Positions 51,665-62,185 of a stretch of 64,000 nt of DNA are shown piece after piece. Under the pieces are notes generated by a model. It was not told the origin of the DNA and did no database searches. It saw nothing but the letters and a program-made list of their open reading frames with translations. Made by a program: the position numbers and the translations under genes. Position 1 is the stretch's first letter. Each line of letters begins with the position of its first letter. Source of the stretch: Spirochaetia bacterium (lineage in GTDB: Bacteria; Spirochaetota; Spirochaetia; SZUA-6; Bin103); the NCBI GenBank assembly GCA_965203905.1, contig CBDBDQ010000005.1, forward strand, positions 1,888,001 through 1,952,000, read 5' to 3'.

Positions 51665-52010
51665 GCCGACTCGACGCTTGGTTGGCGCTCTGCCAGTCGT
51701 GCCGATACCGTCACCGTCGCGGCAGTAGACGATGGCACCAGCAGCTCTTCGCCCGCCTGCAGCTTCAACAGCACCTTGTCACTTACCAATCGGGTGCCGT
51801 CGATGGCGATCGTTCCCTGAGGGACGCTCTGCAGAATCAAGGTGATGTCCGGCCCGTCGGTCACGTGCTTAAAATGCTCATTCCGAAGCACGACGGCGCC
51901 ATAATGCTTCAGGCGCAGCGCCCGGTCGGCGCCGACATCCCAGCCCTGCTCGCGGGCCTTCGCGGTCACGTCGGTCGATTGGAAGAGGCCCTCAATAAAC
52001 AACAGTGCCA
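51628..52010 (-). CDS. Hypothetical protein
   Basis: MALLFIEGLF... open frame. Confidence 0.4.
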
Positions 52011-52431
52011 TGTGCCAAGGCCGCCAGTCTACTCTATCACAGCCTGGACTAGCCTGGATGATGCGCGGCTTGGCCTGGTGTGACGAGCCATCATAGAATA
52101 CCGACTCACAAAGGACTTCGGCACCCGTATGTGGCCCGTGGTCGAGGGGCAACGAATGGACGGTACCGCGCCTCTATCAGACGGCCTTCGTGGGGCTGGT
52201 CATCGCATCTGCCTTGCTGGGATAACCGTCAAGGTGCGCTGCTGCAACCTCTCCCACCGTCTGGTTGACGAAATCGCAATAGGAAACCAACAATCAACGA
52301 CATTGAGAGAGTCGTGCGTCTTCGGGTTCATGCCGGGTCGCAATACAAACAGTTCCGCCAAGGGAATAGCTACCGGACCCGGAGCGAATAGGTCAAGACC
52401 CAAGGAAATGGCTCCTGGCCAGGAGGGAGAG

Positions 52432-54510
52432 ATGAGGGCCGTCGTGTTTCTGTTGCTCGTCTTGGTGCTGGGAGGGTGCGATTGGATGATCGGCCCACCA
52501 GGTCCCCCTGGGCTGCCTGGACAGCGCGGAGAACGGGGGCCGGATGGGCCGCAGGGCGAACCCGGGGCCGACGGACAGCCCGGCGAGCAGGGACCACAAG
52601 GGCCGCCGGGAGAGACTGGCCCGCAGGGGCCAACGGGGCCAGCCGGGCCGCAAGGGCCGCCGGGAGAGACTGGCCCGCAGGGGCCAACGGGGCCAGCCGG
52701 GCCGCAAGGGCCGCCGGGAGAGACTGGCCCGCAGGGGCCAACGGGGCCAGCCGGGCCGCAAGGGCCGCCGGGAGAGACTGGCCCGCAGGGGCCAACGGGG
52801 CCAGCCGGCGAACCCGGAGAACCAGGCGCTGGACCGCAGGCACCACCGCCGACGGTCAGTTTGGCAGCAAGCCCGAATCCGGTGAGCGAGGGCAACACTC
52901 TCACGATGCGGGCCACACTTTCACGGACGCTGAACAGCTCGGTGTCCGTCCCGCTGACGCTGACACCAGGCACCGCGGAGCCTGATGACTACGGTCGGCT
53001 GGCGCGCATCACCATTCCCGCCAACAGCCTTACCGGCAGCGGCCGCATTACGACAGTGGACGATGCCGACTCGGACGACGAGACGTTTACGATTGCGTTG
53101 GGCAACCTGCCGCCTGCGGTGACGGCTGGCAGCCCGCCCTCGGTTACGGTGACCATCAATGACCGAACACAACCGCCGCCGGCGGCTCTACCGGTAGTGA
53201 GCATCACGGCGGGGCCGGCGGTAACCGAGGGTGGCTCTGCAACATTCACGGTACATGCAACGCCCACGCCAGCCAGTGCGCTGGCGATACGACTGGGCAC
53301 TGTGGGTAATGTTACCTTCGTCGACCCGGAGCGTCGGGGCATAGAGACGCTGACCGTCGCGGCGAACACGTCTTCGGCCGTCTGGAGGGTCGCCACCATC
53401 GACGATGACATGGACGAGCCGGACGGATCGGTGACGGCGGCCCTCCGCTCCGGCACGGGCTACACGGTCGGCTCTCCGAGGTCGGCCAGTGTAACGGTGA
53501 TCGACAATGACACCGCGCCGCTACCTGTAGTGTCGTTCTCAGCGCCCGGGTTGGATGTCTGGGACACGGACCCCGTAGAAATGGTTGAAGCCACACTTCT
53601 CCTGTCGATTCCGGCACCACAGCCGCTCACCATCAATCTCGGAAGACCAAGATTTGAGGGCGTCTACAGCCATCCGTCGTCTATATCGGTTGCCAAGGGT
53701 GAAACATCGGCGACGGTGCGGATCATTATTCACGACTTCCACTCCGGGTGGCACATTGGCGTATGGGTATTCAGCGGCGATGGATATATCGTTGGAGAAC
53801 TGCGGAGCTTTTACCTCAATGTTTACCACGACGATCGCCCACAGCACCTCGACCCACGCTGCCCCTACCCCACACATTACCCGCTGCTTGATAGGGTATC
53901 CTCTGCCGGCACGCTCTGTGCTACCAGCAACAGAGTGGTCTCGCAAACCACCCTGGATAGAGTAAGTCGCGCATCATCTACGATGCTGCAACACCGCCCG
54001 GACCTCGCGAGAATACTCAGCGCTCCCCCCGATCCCTCGGCGCCGATTCCCGAGCAGCTACGAATTCTCCCTTTTGTTGCTCTGTTCGGTCCAGATGAAG
54101 ACTGGTGCACCGCCTTTCCTGTCTACGTCGAGGCGCTCAGGCTCGACTGTGACGGGCTTTTCTTTCAACAAAGGGGGGTGACCAACAGCTACTTTAGCCT
54201 GTGTCCGGAGAACGACTTCGCCGCCTGCGTCCACCATCTAGCCCGCGCCATTTGGGCAACGCTCGGGAAAAAACAGTGGGACATCAGAGATCGCTTCAAT
54301 GAACCGGACGTGAGCCAGCTATGGAACGGCTTCGCCTTGGCGGATTATGGCACGTTCTTCACCGAGATGACGACGATCTACTTCTGCGTCAACACGAGAG
54401 TTACCTCGCCAGAGATCTACTGTGCCGACGCGCTCAAGGCGTACGACCCGGCAACGTACGAGGTGATCCACGGCATCTACCGAGGATCGGCCGACCTGCG
54501 TAGAACGTAA
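52432..54510 (+). CDS. Surface lipoprotein with collagen repeat, Calx-beta-like domains and a degenerate zinc-peptidase-like C-terminus
   Basis: Lipobox LGGC; (G-X-Y)n; V.EG..TVDD.D.DDETF repeats; [19 protein letters not shown]. Confidence 0.85.
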   Translation: MRAVVFLLLVLVLGGCDWMIGPPGPPGLPGQRGERGPDGPQGEPGADGQPGEQGPQGPPGETGPQGPTGPAGPQGPPGETGPQGPTGPAGPQGPPGETGPQGPTGPAGPQGPPGETGPQGPTGPAGEPGEPGAGPQAPPPTVSLAASPNPVSEGNTLTMRATLSRTLNSSVSVPLTLTPGTAEPDDYGRLARITIPANSLTGSGRITTVDDADSDDETFTIALGNLPPAVTAGSPPSVTVTINDRTQPPPAALPVVSITAGPAVTEGGSATFTVHATPTPASALAIRLGTVGNVTFVDPERRGIETLTVAANTSSAVWRVATIDDDMDEPDGSVTAALRSGTGYTVGSPRSASVTVIDNDTAPLPVVSFSAPGLDVWDTDPVEMVEATLLLSIPAPQPLTINLGRPRFEGVYSHPSSISVAKGETSATVRIIIHDFHSGWHIGVWVFSGDGYIVGELRSFYLNVYHDDRPQHLDPRCPYPTHYPLLDRVSSAGTLCATSNRVVSQTTLDRVSRASSTMLQHRPDLARILSAPPDPSAPIPEQLRILPFVALFGPDEDWCTAFPVYVEALRLDCDGLFFQQRGVTNSYFSLCPENDFAACVHHLARAIWATLGKKQWDIRDRFNEPDVSQLWNGFALADYGTFFTEMTTIYFCVNTRVTSPEIYCADALKAYDPATYEVIHGIYRGSADLRRT
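52600..52808. repeat. 54-bp tandem repeat, about 4 copies ([18 protein letters not shown])
   Basis: Identical nucleotide units read directly. Confidence 0.95.
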
Positions 54511-54523
54511 TAGAAAGAGGCGT

Positions 54524-55048
54524 ATGAAGCCGCTCGTCTACTTCCTTACGCTGCTCGTGGCCGCTGCCTGCCTCGCAGCCGGCTGCCGCGGCGCCACCGG
54601 CCATCCTGAACCAACCCCTGAACCAACCCCTGAACCAATCGACCGCGACGAGTTGCCTCCGGCCCAGCCCGAATCCCCGGTGCCGGTGGTCTTCGGCCCC
54701 ACTGCCGATCTGCAGACCGATCCGTTCGCCCTGAATTCCGCCGCGGTCAGCGGCAACATCCTTGCCCTCTCGGTCTCCTACGGCGGCGGCTGCCGCAGCC
54801 ACCTGTTCCTCCTCACCGCCGCCGAATCCTTCCAGGAATCCTCTCCGGTCCAATTGCCGATGGTGCTCACCCACGACGCCAACGACGATCCCTGCGAAGC
54901 CTATCCGACAGAGCAACTCCGCTTCGATCTCACGCCAATCAGGGAACGCTACCAGAGAGCCTACGGCCAGGACTCCGGCTCCGTCCTGCTCCACCTCCAG
55001 CCGGAGCCCGCCACCAACACCGACCAGCCGCTCGTCTACCAGTTCTGA
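54524..55048 (+). CDS. Lipoprotein, NigD C-terminal-like
   Basis: LAAGC; VSYGGGCRSH, HDANDDPCEA, FDLTP. Confidence 0.75.
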   Translation: MKPLVYFLTLLVAAACLAAGCRGATGHPEPTPEPTPEPIDRDELPPAQPESPVPVVFGPTADLQTDPFALNSAAVSGNILALSVSYGGGCRSHLFLLTAAESFQESSPVQLPMVLTHDANDDPCEAYPTEQLRFDLTPIRERYQRAYGQDSGSVLLHLQPEPATNTDQPLVYQF

Positions 55049-55061
55049 CCGCCACCGGGGC

Positions 55062-55451
55062 TCATGCCGGGGCCTCCGGCAGCGCTCCGTTCGGCGGCCG
55101 CCAGGGGCCGGACAACACGCCCTCAATGCGCGCCACGCGATCGCTGAGCACGTGCAGATCGGTGCGTACCTCCGCCAGGTCGGTGCGCACCTCGCGGCGC
55201 AACTCGGCCAAGTCGTTGCGCACCTCGCGGCGTACTTCGGCGAGATCGTCACGGAGCTCGCGCCGCACCTCGGCCAGATCCTCGCGCAGTTCACGGCGCA
55301 CCTCGGCCACAACGGCACTCAGCTCGGTCCGGGTGGCTGCCACGTCGGCTGCCACCACCCCGATGCGGCGGCCCTGTACTATCAGCAGCGGCACCAGCAC
55401 GGCCAGCAGTGCTACGCCGACAGCGACGACGGCGATTATCACGGTAGTCAT
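55062..55451 (-). CDS. Membrane-anchored coiled-coil protein with 11-aa (33-bp) repeats
   Basis: TM helix, about five AEVRRE(L/V)R.DL units, RVARIEG. Confidence 0.8.
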   Translation of the reverse strand: MTTVIIAVVAVGVALLAVLVPLLIVQGRRIGVVAADVAATRTELSAVVAEVRRELREDLAEVRRELRDDLAEVRREVRNDLAELRREVRTDLAEVRTDLHVLSDRVARIEGVLSGPWRPPNGALPEAPA

Positions 55452-55815
55452 TGACGCGAGGATAACGGCGGACGCGGGGCAAACCAATGCGCGTTCGGAC
55501 ACAGGCGCCAGTCCGCTCCGCTGATCGGGCAGGCGCAGGCCACGCCGCGGCAACGAGCGCACTCCGGTTCGGGGGGACAGCGTGGCGCTGGGCGCCCCAC
55601 TGCTCCCGCCGACAGCGCGCCGCGGCCGCGGAGTCCGGAGGCGGCCCGCCGGCACGAGTAATGGAGCGCGGATCATCGTGCCACCACTTGCTGCTCCCGG
55701 AGCGAACCAGAGCGTCGGGCCGACCTAACCACATCGTTGGTTGGGTATGTGCCAACGCATCACCCCCGGTGGCGGCGTCTCTCGTGCTCGTCTCTACCAA
55801 AGGGGGGGCTGCACG

Positions 55816-56396
55816 CTAAAAGGCAATCCCGAGGTCTATTCCCAAGCCGGTCACTGGACCGTCGACGCTGATATTTCTCTTGATGTCAGCGGCATCCGCG
55901 AACACGTGATGATAGCCCGTGTGCAGCCGCGGCGTGATCGCCACCGGCCCCCACAAGACTCGGTAGCCGAAGTGTCCGCGAGCACCCAGTTGCACCGCAT
56001 CCACCACGCTGCTTTGGTACCGGGCGTGGAGGTAGCCGGGCTCCAGCGAGACGCCCACAAACAGGCCGCTCGGGGCGCGCCCCGCCAGAAAGTAGTGGGC
56101 ACCGACGGCGCCGCCCAGGCTCCACCGCTCATAGTCGGCGGGATCCACCCCCATGGTTTCGATCAGGTGCCCTTTGCGTTGGAGTAGGTCGCCACCACGG
56201 CGATGCTCCAGTGCTGATCCAGTGCCAGCTCCAGCGATCCTCTGTAGTCCCCGAACAACAGGCCCACCAGGTTGACCCCCACGATGCCGCTTACCGGCTG
56301 CTCCTGGGCGAAACCGGGGACAGCGACTGCCATGCTTCCGGCTGTCACCAGCACGGCAATGACTGTGCAGCGGTAGCTACGTCCGGGCCATCTCAT
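55816..56396 (-). pseudogene. Outer-membrane beta-barrel-like protein (DUF3575-like), split near 56160
   Basis: Signal-peptide ORF plus downstream ORF ending in DLGIAF. Confidence 0.6.
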
Positions 56397-56562
56397 ATGA
56401 TGCCTCCCCCCCTCCCGTCAACGGAAAGCTGCGTTGCCCAGCACCCGGGTCCGGTGCTGGATCGGCGGCCAACCCGCCTACCGCAACCGCGTGTGCCCTG
56501 GGCGCCGGCAAGGCCGTTGGCCTCGCTCCGTACCGCGTCCCGCCGGCTGCGTGAGCGCCTAT

Positions 56563-56982
56563 TCACCCGGCAGCGCGCTTCAGCGCGGCCACGTCGGCCT
56601 TCAGATCGGCAACCTCCGCCTGCAGCGTGCGCAGGTCGACCGCGTAGGCGGAGCGCTCGATCCCGGTCATGACCGCGGCCAGGAGTTGCTGCGGCAGCTC
56701 GCGCAGCAGCGTCTCGTTGCCCGTTTCCACTTCACCGCTCAGCGCGACGAGGGCCTCCCCGTTGGCGATCGCCTTGGCTTCAACACGGTCCAGCCGCTTC
56801 CCATGCTCGGCCACCTGGTCGTCCAGCCGCGCCTGCCGCCCGCGCACGTCGCCCAGGCCGACCCGCACCTCGCCCAGCTCGTCGCGGATCTCGTTGATGG
56901 CGCCGCCGTTTGCACCCACCTTGTCCAGTACTTCTTGCACCGCATCGAGCACGTCCCTCAGCGTCGGCTCGCTCTCGCCCAT
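56563..56982 (-). CDS. Coiled-coil hypothetical protein
   Basis: EPTLRDVLDAV, heptad pattern; 3' part duplicated at 61307-61435. Confidence 0.7.
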   Translation of the reverse strand: MGESEPTLRDVLDAVQEVLDKVGANGGAINEIRDELGEVRVGLGDVRGRQARLDDQVAEHGKRLDRVEAKAIANGEALVALSGEVETGNETLLRELPQQLLAAVMTGIERSAYAVDLRTLQAEVADLKADVAALKRAAG

Positions 56983-57096
56983 GGCTCGCTACTCTATCCC
57001 GGCGGCGGGGAACCGGCCACTGTCATCGGGGGGCGTGGTGAATTTGACGGCGCACCACGTGACCCGCGCAAACTGCATACTGCTACACTGACGCCT

Positions 57097-58893
57097 GTGA
57101 AATCCCGCTTTCTGATCCTGGCCCGCTGCTTATGGGGCCTTGTATTCCTCGTCTTGGGCCTTGGTCTGGTCTCGGGTTGCAAAGACTCGTCACTGTTGGC
57201 CCCGAAGCCCCTCCCCATCGAACCGACCGGCCGCTACCGCGGGAGCGGTGACCAGGTGTTCGTGCTCAACCCGGACGACGGGATGCTCGACGCCGAACCC
57301 TATACGCTGATCCTGGGCAACGCCTCGCCCGAGGTTTACCTGATCGCCACCAACACCGCCGCCTACCACATGGATCCCCATATCAAGCGACTCGACCTCA
57401 GGGGGCGACGGGCGGCCGTGCAGGACGGCTACGTGCCGCCGCCGAGACCTTCCGCGGCCAGTGCCCGCGTACCCGAACGCGCTTGGATCACCCAGTTCAA
57501 CAACAACCCCCCGCTGGCGAGGAGATCGGCCCCGGCGGAAGGTGCCCGTCTGCAGACGCCAGTCGCAACGAGAGTCGCAGAGGGCGACCGGTTCACCTTC
57601 AGGGACCTGGACGACGAGCAGAACCTCGTCTTCATCCCCGCCACTGCCCGGAGAGTGGTCACCGACGGCGACATGACCGTGGCATTGTGGGTGGCCGACC
57701 GGGACTGGGGGCCGTCCTGCCGCGGCGGCGGGCCGTGCGTGACCGGGGAGATGGTCGACGCGATGGCGGACCGCTTCCTCCGCCCCGGTGTCGGCAACGA
57801 CATCCACGACTGGGTAACGGCCATCTACGGTGATCCCTGGGGGCCGCACCGCTACTCGCACCTGATCCCCGCGGACGCCGCCGACGAGATTCACATCCTG
57901 CTGTTCGACATCCGAGGCGACGGTATCCCCGCACCGGGAGAGTGCCGCATCGTGGGGTTCTTTTGGGCAGTCCACAACTTTCTCCAAGACCCTGATGCTC
58001 CTGCCGAAGTCTCGGCCGAACGGCTGATCTTCTTCATGGACTCGGCCCTCACCGCGTACCCGGAAGGTCTGACCTGGGAGATCACCGACCGCGCGCCGAG
58101 CGTCGTCATCTCCACCCTCGCTCACGAGTACCAGCACATGATCCACTTCTATCAGAAGCCGGTTCTGCGCGATACCGCCAGCGAGACCTGGCTCAACGAG
58201 ATGACCTCCGAAGTGGCGAGCGACCTGATAGCCGACAAGCTGCTGGTGAACGGCCCGCGCGGCGTCCCCTACGACGACCCCTCCGCCGGTGCGCCGGGCA
58301 ACGAAGACGGGCGGCTCCCCTACTACAACCTGTTCAACGACCTGCAGGTCACCACCTGGAACAGCGTGATCGCCAACTATGCCCTCAACTATGCCCTCGG
58401 CGCCTACTTGGCTCGCACCTACGGCGGCGCCGATCTGTTCAGTGACATCGTGCAGAGCGCCGGCTCGGGTATCGACGCGATCGAAGCGGCGCTCGCCGCA
58501 GCCGGCCATGACGTCTCGTTCGGGCAGGTGTTGGCCGACTGGGCAGTTGCGACCCTGCTGTCGGACAGCACCGCGGCCCCGGCTCCGTACCGCTACAATC
58601 CGGGCGCCTGGAGCACCTCGTACGCCGGCGGCGAGCAGTTCCGCTTAGGCTCGATCAACCTGTTCAACTACCGCTACGAGCCACCGGAGATAGTGTCCGA
58701 CTGCATCGGGCCGGACCTCGCCAGTCGCTCGGCCCTGGAAGGGCCTTATCTACACTCCCTGCGCACGTTCAACGCGCGTACGCAGCCGCCTCACTCCAAC
58801 ATGATTGCCACCCTCGGCCGCAACTCCGGAATCGTTCGCCTGTCCGTGAGCGCAGCGCAGGGCAACGTCATCACCGTGGTCGTCAAGGAGTGA
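57097..58893 (+). CDS. Lipoprotein zinc metallopeptidase, M30/hyicolysin-like
   Basis: Lipobox VSGC; TLAHEYQHMIHF, WLNEM.SE, NYAL.Y.LGAYLAR. Confidence 0.88.
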   Translation: MKSRFLILARCLWGLVFLVLGLGLVSGCKDSSLLAPKPLPIEPTGRYRGSGDQVFVLNPDDGMLDAEPYTLILGNASPEVYLIATNTAAYHMDPHIKRLDLRGRRAAVQDGYVPPPRPSAASARVPERAWITQFNNNPPLARRSAPAEGARLQTPVATRVAEGDRFTFRDLDDEQNLVFIPATARRVVTDGDMTVALWVADRDWGPSCRGGGPCVTGEMVDAMADRFLRPGVGNDIHDWVTAIYGDPWGPHRYSHLIPADAADEIHILLFDIRGDGIPAPGECRIVGFFWAVHNFLQDPDAPAEVSAERLIFFMDSALTAYPEGLTWEITDRAPSVVISTLAHEYQHMIHFYQKPVLRDTASETWLNEMTSEVASDLIADKLLVNGPRGVPYDDPSAGAPGNEDGRLPYYNLFNDLQVTTWNSVIANYALNYALGAYLARTYGGADLFSDIVQSAGSGIDAIEAALAAAGHDVSFGQVLADWAVATLLSDSTAAPAPYRYNPGAWSTSYAGGEQFRLGSINLFNYRYEPPEIVSDCIGPDLASRSALEGPYLHSLRTFNARTQPPHSNMIATLGRNSGIVRLSVSAAQGNVITVVVKE

Positions 58894-59013
58894 TGCGCAC
58901 CGCGCCGGCCTGAGTTTCGAGGTCGGCGGGCGGTTGCCGATTCAACGAGAGAGAGAAGTTCGTGACCCGTGCGCTGCCGGCTTCGCGGGGCCGTCTGAGG
59001 GGTGGTGGTGAAT

Positions 59014-59042
59014 TTGACGGCGCAGCAAGTGACCCGCATACT
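59014..59042 (+). promoter_or_regulatory. Sigma-70-like promoter (related copy at 57044-57081)
   Basis: TTGACG-N17-CATACT. Confidence 0.6.
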
Positions 59043-59252
59043 GCTTCACTCATGGGGCTACTACGGGAACGTCGCGCCGCGGGCTGACGTTACCCAGCAT
59101 ACCATCGAGGGCCACGTCTGGGTGGTGAAGGATACCGGCCTCACCAATCTGTCGGTCTTCCGCGCCGCGCGATCAATCAGCCTTGCTATAGTGAGCTCGG
59201 GTCGTGGCAGTCGGCCGGAGAGCCAGACGCAGGGCGCGGAACAGGCGAGCCG

Positions 59253-59686
59253 GTGAGCGCGACCACCGGCGAGCGGGCGCGGGGCGAGATCCGGAAGCTG
59301 CTGCAGCGCTTCGGCTGTGATTCGGTCGGGGTTCATGGACGAGTTCGCCGAGGGGACGCTAGCTGCTGGCGTTCCGCTACCGCGGGCACCAGGTGCAGCT
59401 CCGCGCGTCCGCCCGCGGCTGGGCCGACCTGTACCTGCGCGAGAACCCCTGGCACACGCGCCGGCGCTGCAGCGAGGCCGAGTGGGGGCAGCGTGCGCTC
59501 GACCAGGGAATGATCGCGGTCAACTCCATCCTCAGAGACTGGGTGCGCGGCCAGGTCACGGCCATCGAGACCGGCATCACCGAGTTCCGCCACGTGTTCC
59601 TGCCCTACCTGGTCACGGCGAGCGGCGAGACGGTTGCGGAGCTGGTCGACCGCCGCGGCGGCGAGCTCCTGGAGCTGCCGGAATGA
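59253..59686 (+). pseudogene. Phage hypothetical protein, frameshifted copy
   Basis: RARGEIRKLLQRFGC..LRASARGW..NSILRDWVRGQV; nearly identical to 61462-61907. Confidence 0.75.
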
Positions 59687-60081
59687 ACGGCCGCCCCGAC
59701 GCAACCAGCGCCGGCGACGGCCGCCACGCGCTGCTGTTTCCGCGCCTGCTGCACTACGACCTGACCGCCGCCACCGTCTCGGTTCATGCGGTCGTCGATC
59801 GGTTCCCCGCGGCCGCGATCGTGCGCGCGCTGCAGGCGGCGCTCGGCGGCTGCCTGGTGCTGCTCTCCAGCGGTCTGCTGCTCGGTGCCCACCAGCGCTA
59901 CAACGGGTCGCTGCTGCAGGTCAGCCTCTACTGCCGGTCGTGCGTGGAGGGTGTGCTCGATGCCGTGCTGGCGCAGCAGACCACGGATCGGACCATGACC
60001 GCCTGGCACCAGCTTCGCGAGCAGGTGCCGGCGCTTCTGCGCGAGCACCTGATGCCGGTTTTACCGCCGCCGGCACCCTGA
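59683..60081 (+). CDS. Hypothetical protein
   Basis: ATGA overlap; partial copy at 61928-62035. Confidence 0.5.
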   Translation: MNGRPDATSAGDGRHALLFPRLLHYDLTAATVSVHAVVDRFPAAAIVRALQAALGGCLVLLSSGLLLGAHQRYNGSLLQVSLYCRSCVEGVLDAVLAQQTTDRTMTAWHQLREQVPALLREHLMPVLPPPAP

Positions 60082-60208
60082 GGCGTCAGCGAGATACGGC
60101 CCGACGCTTCGTCTGGCCATGCGAGCCAGGGGCCGTGGCTGCAGGACGTCGTGCGCACGCTCGCCCGGGCGTGGCTGCTGCCGTGATGGACGGGGCCCGC
60201 CGCGGCGA

Positions 60209-61246
60209 TCACCTGGGGCGTGCAGGAATCGTCTGCCTGTTCCAGTCCTTCGGGTATGCGCGGTAGGTGGCGTGCGGGTAGACCCTGGTACCGGCTGCCG
60301 GCGCCGCGCCGCCGGCCTCGATGAGGTCGATCAACGACCACGCCTCATCAACGCGGATACCGAAATCGAGATCGCCGATGGGGATCACAACCGGGAAGCC
60401 TTCCTCATCAACCACGACAACTCCGACGCCGCAACAGGATACCGCTACGATGAAGCCCTCGTGGTCGAACACCGGGCTGCCGCTGGTTCCCCCTGTCTGC
60501 CCCAGGTTGAACTGGACCAGCTTGCTGTTCTCCAGCGTTACCTGGGTCTCCTCAAAGTCGTACGGGCGCAACGCACTGATGGTGCCATCCTTGAAGGTGG
60601 CAATCGGGACCGCTTCGAGAGCCGTTATCTCACCGGGGAACCCCAAGGTACCGACCGGCTGCCCTGCCTGCAGCCCGCTGGCGAGCTCTCGCGGGAGAAA
60701 CGATGGCACGTCCCGAAATGACCCGCCATCAAGGTGAAACACGGCAAGGTCAGGAGAGTGGAGAAGCTCCGGATCGTACTCCGGGTGGATCCGGGCCGTA
60801 TCCATGTTCAGCCGGTGCGTGTGAGCACCACCGATAGCGGTGCCGGACCGCACGGCGACCGGGACTGCGGTAACGGCTACGTTGCCGGCGTCGTCTACGA
60901 CACCCCCCATGGCTTCACGTACGGCCTCCGCTACATGGGCGTTGGTCCAAATGGTATCGGGGTAGTGGGCGGCGAACCCGGTGCCGATAAAGATGAACCC
61001 GAGCCGTCCCGGGTCCACTGCTGCATCCTCTTCGGCAAAGCCGACGCCGGCAACTTCGACCCCGATGGCGTAGACGGAGTCGGCCAGGTTGGCATCTGCT
61101 ACTACGGTAGCCCAGTTCAGCGGCTCGCCTTGCGGGGCCGGCTTCAAAGTGCAGGCCCCGAACACCGCGATCGTGAAGAGGACCACCACTCCTAATCTCA
61201 TGAGCACCGTCTGCCGGCTCATCCGTTCTTGCTCGAACAACGCCAT
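60209..61246 (-). CDS. Trypsin-like serine protease lipoprotein
   Basis: GTGF, WTNAHVA (His), PDLAV (Asp), GTSGSPV (Ser). Confidence 0.92.
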   Translation of the reverse strand: MALFEQERMSRQTVLMRLGVVVLFTIAVFGACTLKPAPQGEPLNWATVVADANLADSVYAIGVEVAGVGFAEEDAAVDPGRLGFIFIGTGFAAHYPDTIWTNAHVAEAVREAMGGVVDDAGNVAVTAVPVAVRSGTAIGGAHTHRLNMDTARIHPEYDPELLHSPDLAVFHLDGGSFRDVPSFLPRELASGLQAGQPVGTLGFPGEITALEAVPIATFKDGTISALRPYDFEETQVTLENSKLVQFNLGQTGGTSGSPVFDHEGFIVAVSCCGVGVVVVDEEGFPVVIPIGDLDFGIRVDEAWSLIDLIEAGGAAPAAGTRVYPHATYRAYPKDWNRQTIPARPR

Positions 61247-61461
61247 CGCACTCCCTCCGTGATGCATCCAGCGCATCCCTCCCGTAAACGGAAAGCTGCG
61301 GCGCCGGAGCGCCTATTCACCCGAAGCGCGTTTCAGCTCGGCCACGTCGGCCTGCAGCTCGGCTACCTCCGCCTGCAGCGCGCGTAGGTCGGTAGCGTAG
61401 GCGGAGCGCTCGATCCCGGTCAAGACCGCAGCCAGGCGCAGGGCGCGGAACAGGCGAGCCG

Positions 61462-61907
61462 GTGAGCGTGCCGTACGAGAACGCGACCACCGGCGAGCGG
61501 GCGCGGGGCGAGATCCGGAAGCTGCTGCAGCGCTTCGGCTGTGATTCGGTCGGGTTCATGGACGAGTTCGCCGAGGGGACGCTGCTGGTGGCTTTCCGCT
61601 ACCGCGGGCACCAAGTGCAACTCCGCGAGTCCGCCCGCGGCTGGGCCGACCTGTACCTGCGCGAGAACCCCTGGCACACGCGCCGGCGCTGCAGCGAGGC
61701 CGAGTGGGAGCAGCGCGCGCTCGCCCAAGGGATGATCGCGGTCAACTCCTCCTCAGAGACTGGGTGCGCGGCCAGGTCACGGCCATCGAGACCGGCATCA
61801 CCGAGTTCCGCCACGTGTTCCTGCCCTACCTGGTCACGGCGAGCGGCGAGACGGTTGCGGAGCTGGTCGACCGCCGCGGCGGCGAGGTCCTGGAATTGTC
61901 AGAGTGA
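61462..61907 (+). pseudogene. Phage hypothetical protein, second copy, frameshift near 61748
   Basis: MSVPYENATTGERARGEI...; paralogue of 59253-59686. Confidence 0.75.
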
Positions 61908-62185
61908 GCGGCGCCGAGAGCTGGGCCGCTGCTGCAGGTCAGCCTGTACTGCCGGTGGTGCGTGGAGGGCGTGCTCGAGGCCGTGCTGGCGCAGCACACA
62001 ACCGCCCGCACCCTGGCTGCCTGGCGCCAGCTTCGCCGCTCTGCCCGATCCACTCTACATCTTTGTGCGTGCAAGCATGGGCTTCATCCATATCTGCCGG
62101 TGACGTTGTGACATTCCAGAACTCGCGCTACGCTCAGCGAAATCGGCTGGGCCCAGGGGGCGCCGCCCACCTGCTGGAGGGATCG

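Noticed and set aside
33074-52100. Complete prophage
   Set aside because: No terminase large subunit, portal, capsid, tail or lysis genes recognised
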